Below, piece after piece: positions 63,470 through 64,000 of a stretch of 64,000 bases of DNA; position 1 is the first letter of the stretch; each line of letters opens with the position of its first letter. The notes under the pieces are model-generated. The model did not search any database, was not told where the DNA came from, and saw nothing but the letters and a program-made list of their open reading frames with translations. Source of the stretch: Camelus dromedarius (taxonomy: Eukaryota); contig NC_087436.1 in the NCBI RefSeq assembly GCF_036321535.1, positions 120,034,001 to 120,098,000 of the forward strand. Reading direction: 5' to 3'. Position numbers and translations under genes: made by a program.

Positions 63470-63587
63470 CGCGCCGTTGATGCAGGGGACGTCGTGGTAG
63501 TGCAGCGCCGGGCCACTCGGGTGCGCGTAGCCGTTGGAGGTGCTCCCGAGGTACGGGTTAGCAGACAGGACGCGCCTGTTCATGAAA
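63470..63587 (-). CDS. AFAP1: AFAP1 exon: [39 protein letters not shown]
   Basis: ttttctttcag acceptor, GCG|gtgagt donor; 118 nt. Confidence 0.93.
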
Positions 63588-64000
63588 CTGAAAGAAAAGG
63601 AAACGAGTCACAGTCCTCTGATGGGGCAACAAGTCTCAGGAGTGCTGGTGGACGCTCAGCTGCGCCCGGAGCAGGGGCGGGAGCAGCGGGCGGACCGGCG
63701 GAGCATGGCACTCAGTTACAGCCGCCGGGCAGGCTCTGAGCCTGAGCACCAGTGACACCTGCCCGAGGACCGGGGAAAGACGGGTGACAGCCCTGCTGGG
63801 GCCACAGAACGAGCCTGCACATACCTGGTGTCCAGCAAATAACCACTTTCATTATCAGCAGCCCACACAGGCAGGCCTTCCAGACCACTGCCTGCTTCTG
63901 TCAGTAAAGCTTTTCTGGGGCACCTTTCTTTACCTTGACTCTTTTTTTTTTTAAGAAGAAAGGACTACTTTGTGTTTATACTTTTATTGATCTTTTATTT

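Larger units (their letters stand above)
41565..63587 (-). other. AFAP1: AFAP1 gene, 3' part (7 coding exons incl. neural insert + ~4.3 kb 3'UTR)
   Basis: Minus-strand exons splice in frame to give actin filament-associated protein 1 C-terminus: [15 protein letters not shown], leucine zipper, [27 protein letters not shown]. 3' end approximate. Confidence 0.96.

Overview
Mammalian genomic DNA, GC-rich and intron-dominated; most ORFs in the supplied track are spurious. A vic-1-like tRNA-derived SINE and an artiodactyl-type L1 3' end point to a camelid. The window holds the 3' portions of two convergent genes. SORCS2 (+): 15 coding exons from 2209 to the stop at 31360, probably exons 13-27 by human numbering. 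They splice into one 602-aa frame covering the end of the Vps10p domain, 10CC, the PKD domains, the RKRS site, the TM helix and the cytoplasmic tail; the poly(A) signal is at ~33684. AFAP1 (-): 7 coding exons from 63587 to the stop at 45916, including the neural-insert (AFAP-120) cassette; the poly(A) signal is at ~41585. The rest is introns, UTRs and an ~8 kb intergenic gap with MIR, L2, L1, MaLR and ERV LTR relics, microsatellites and minisatellites. I see no convincing new gene or system. Best leads: (i) a 696-nt SORCS2 intron that is stop-free and in frame with both flanking exons and encodes a hydrophobic stretch plus DYNGDG repeats; (ii) an alternative donor adding an acidic cluster to the SORCS2 tail; (iii) recurring AT-rich islands with posterior-HOX/MEIS/PBX motifs; (iv) strong AT-to-GC drift in old repeats; (v) a solo LTR pointing antisense into the AFAP1 3' end. 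Family assignments and ortholog comparisons are from memory, not from database searches.
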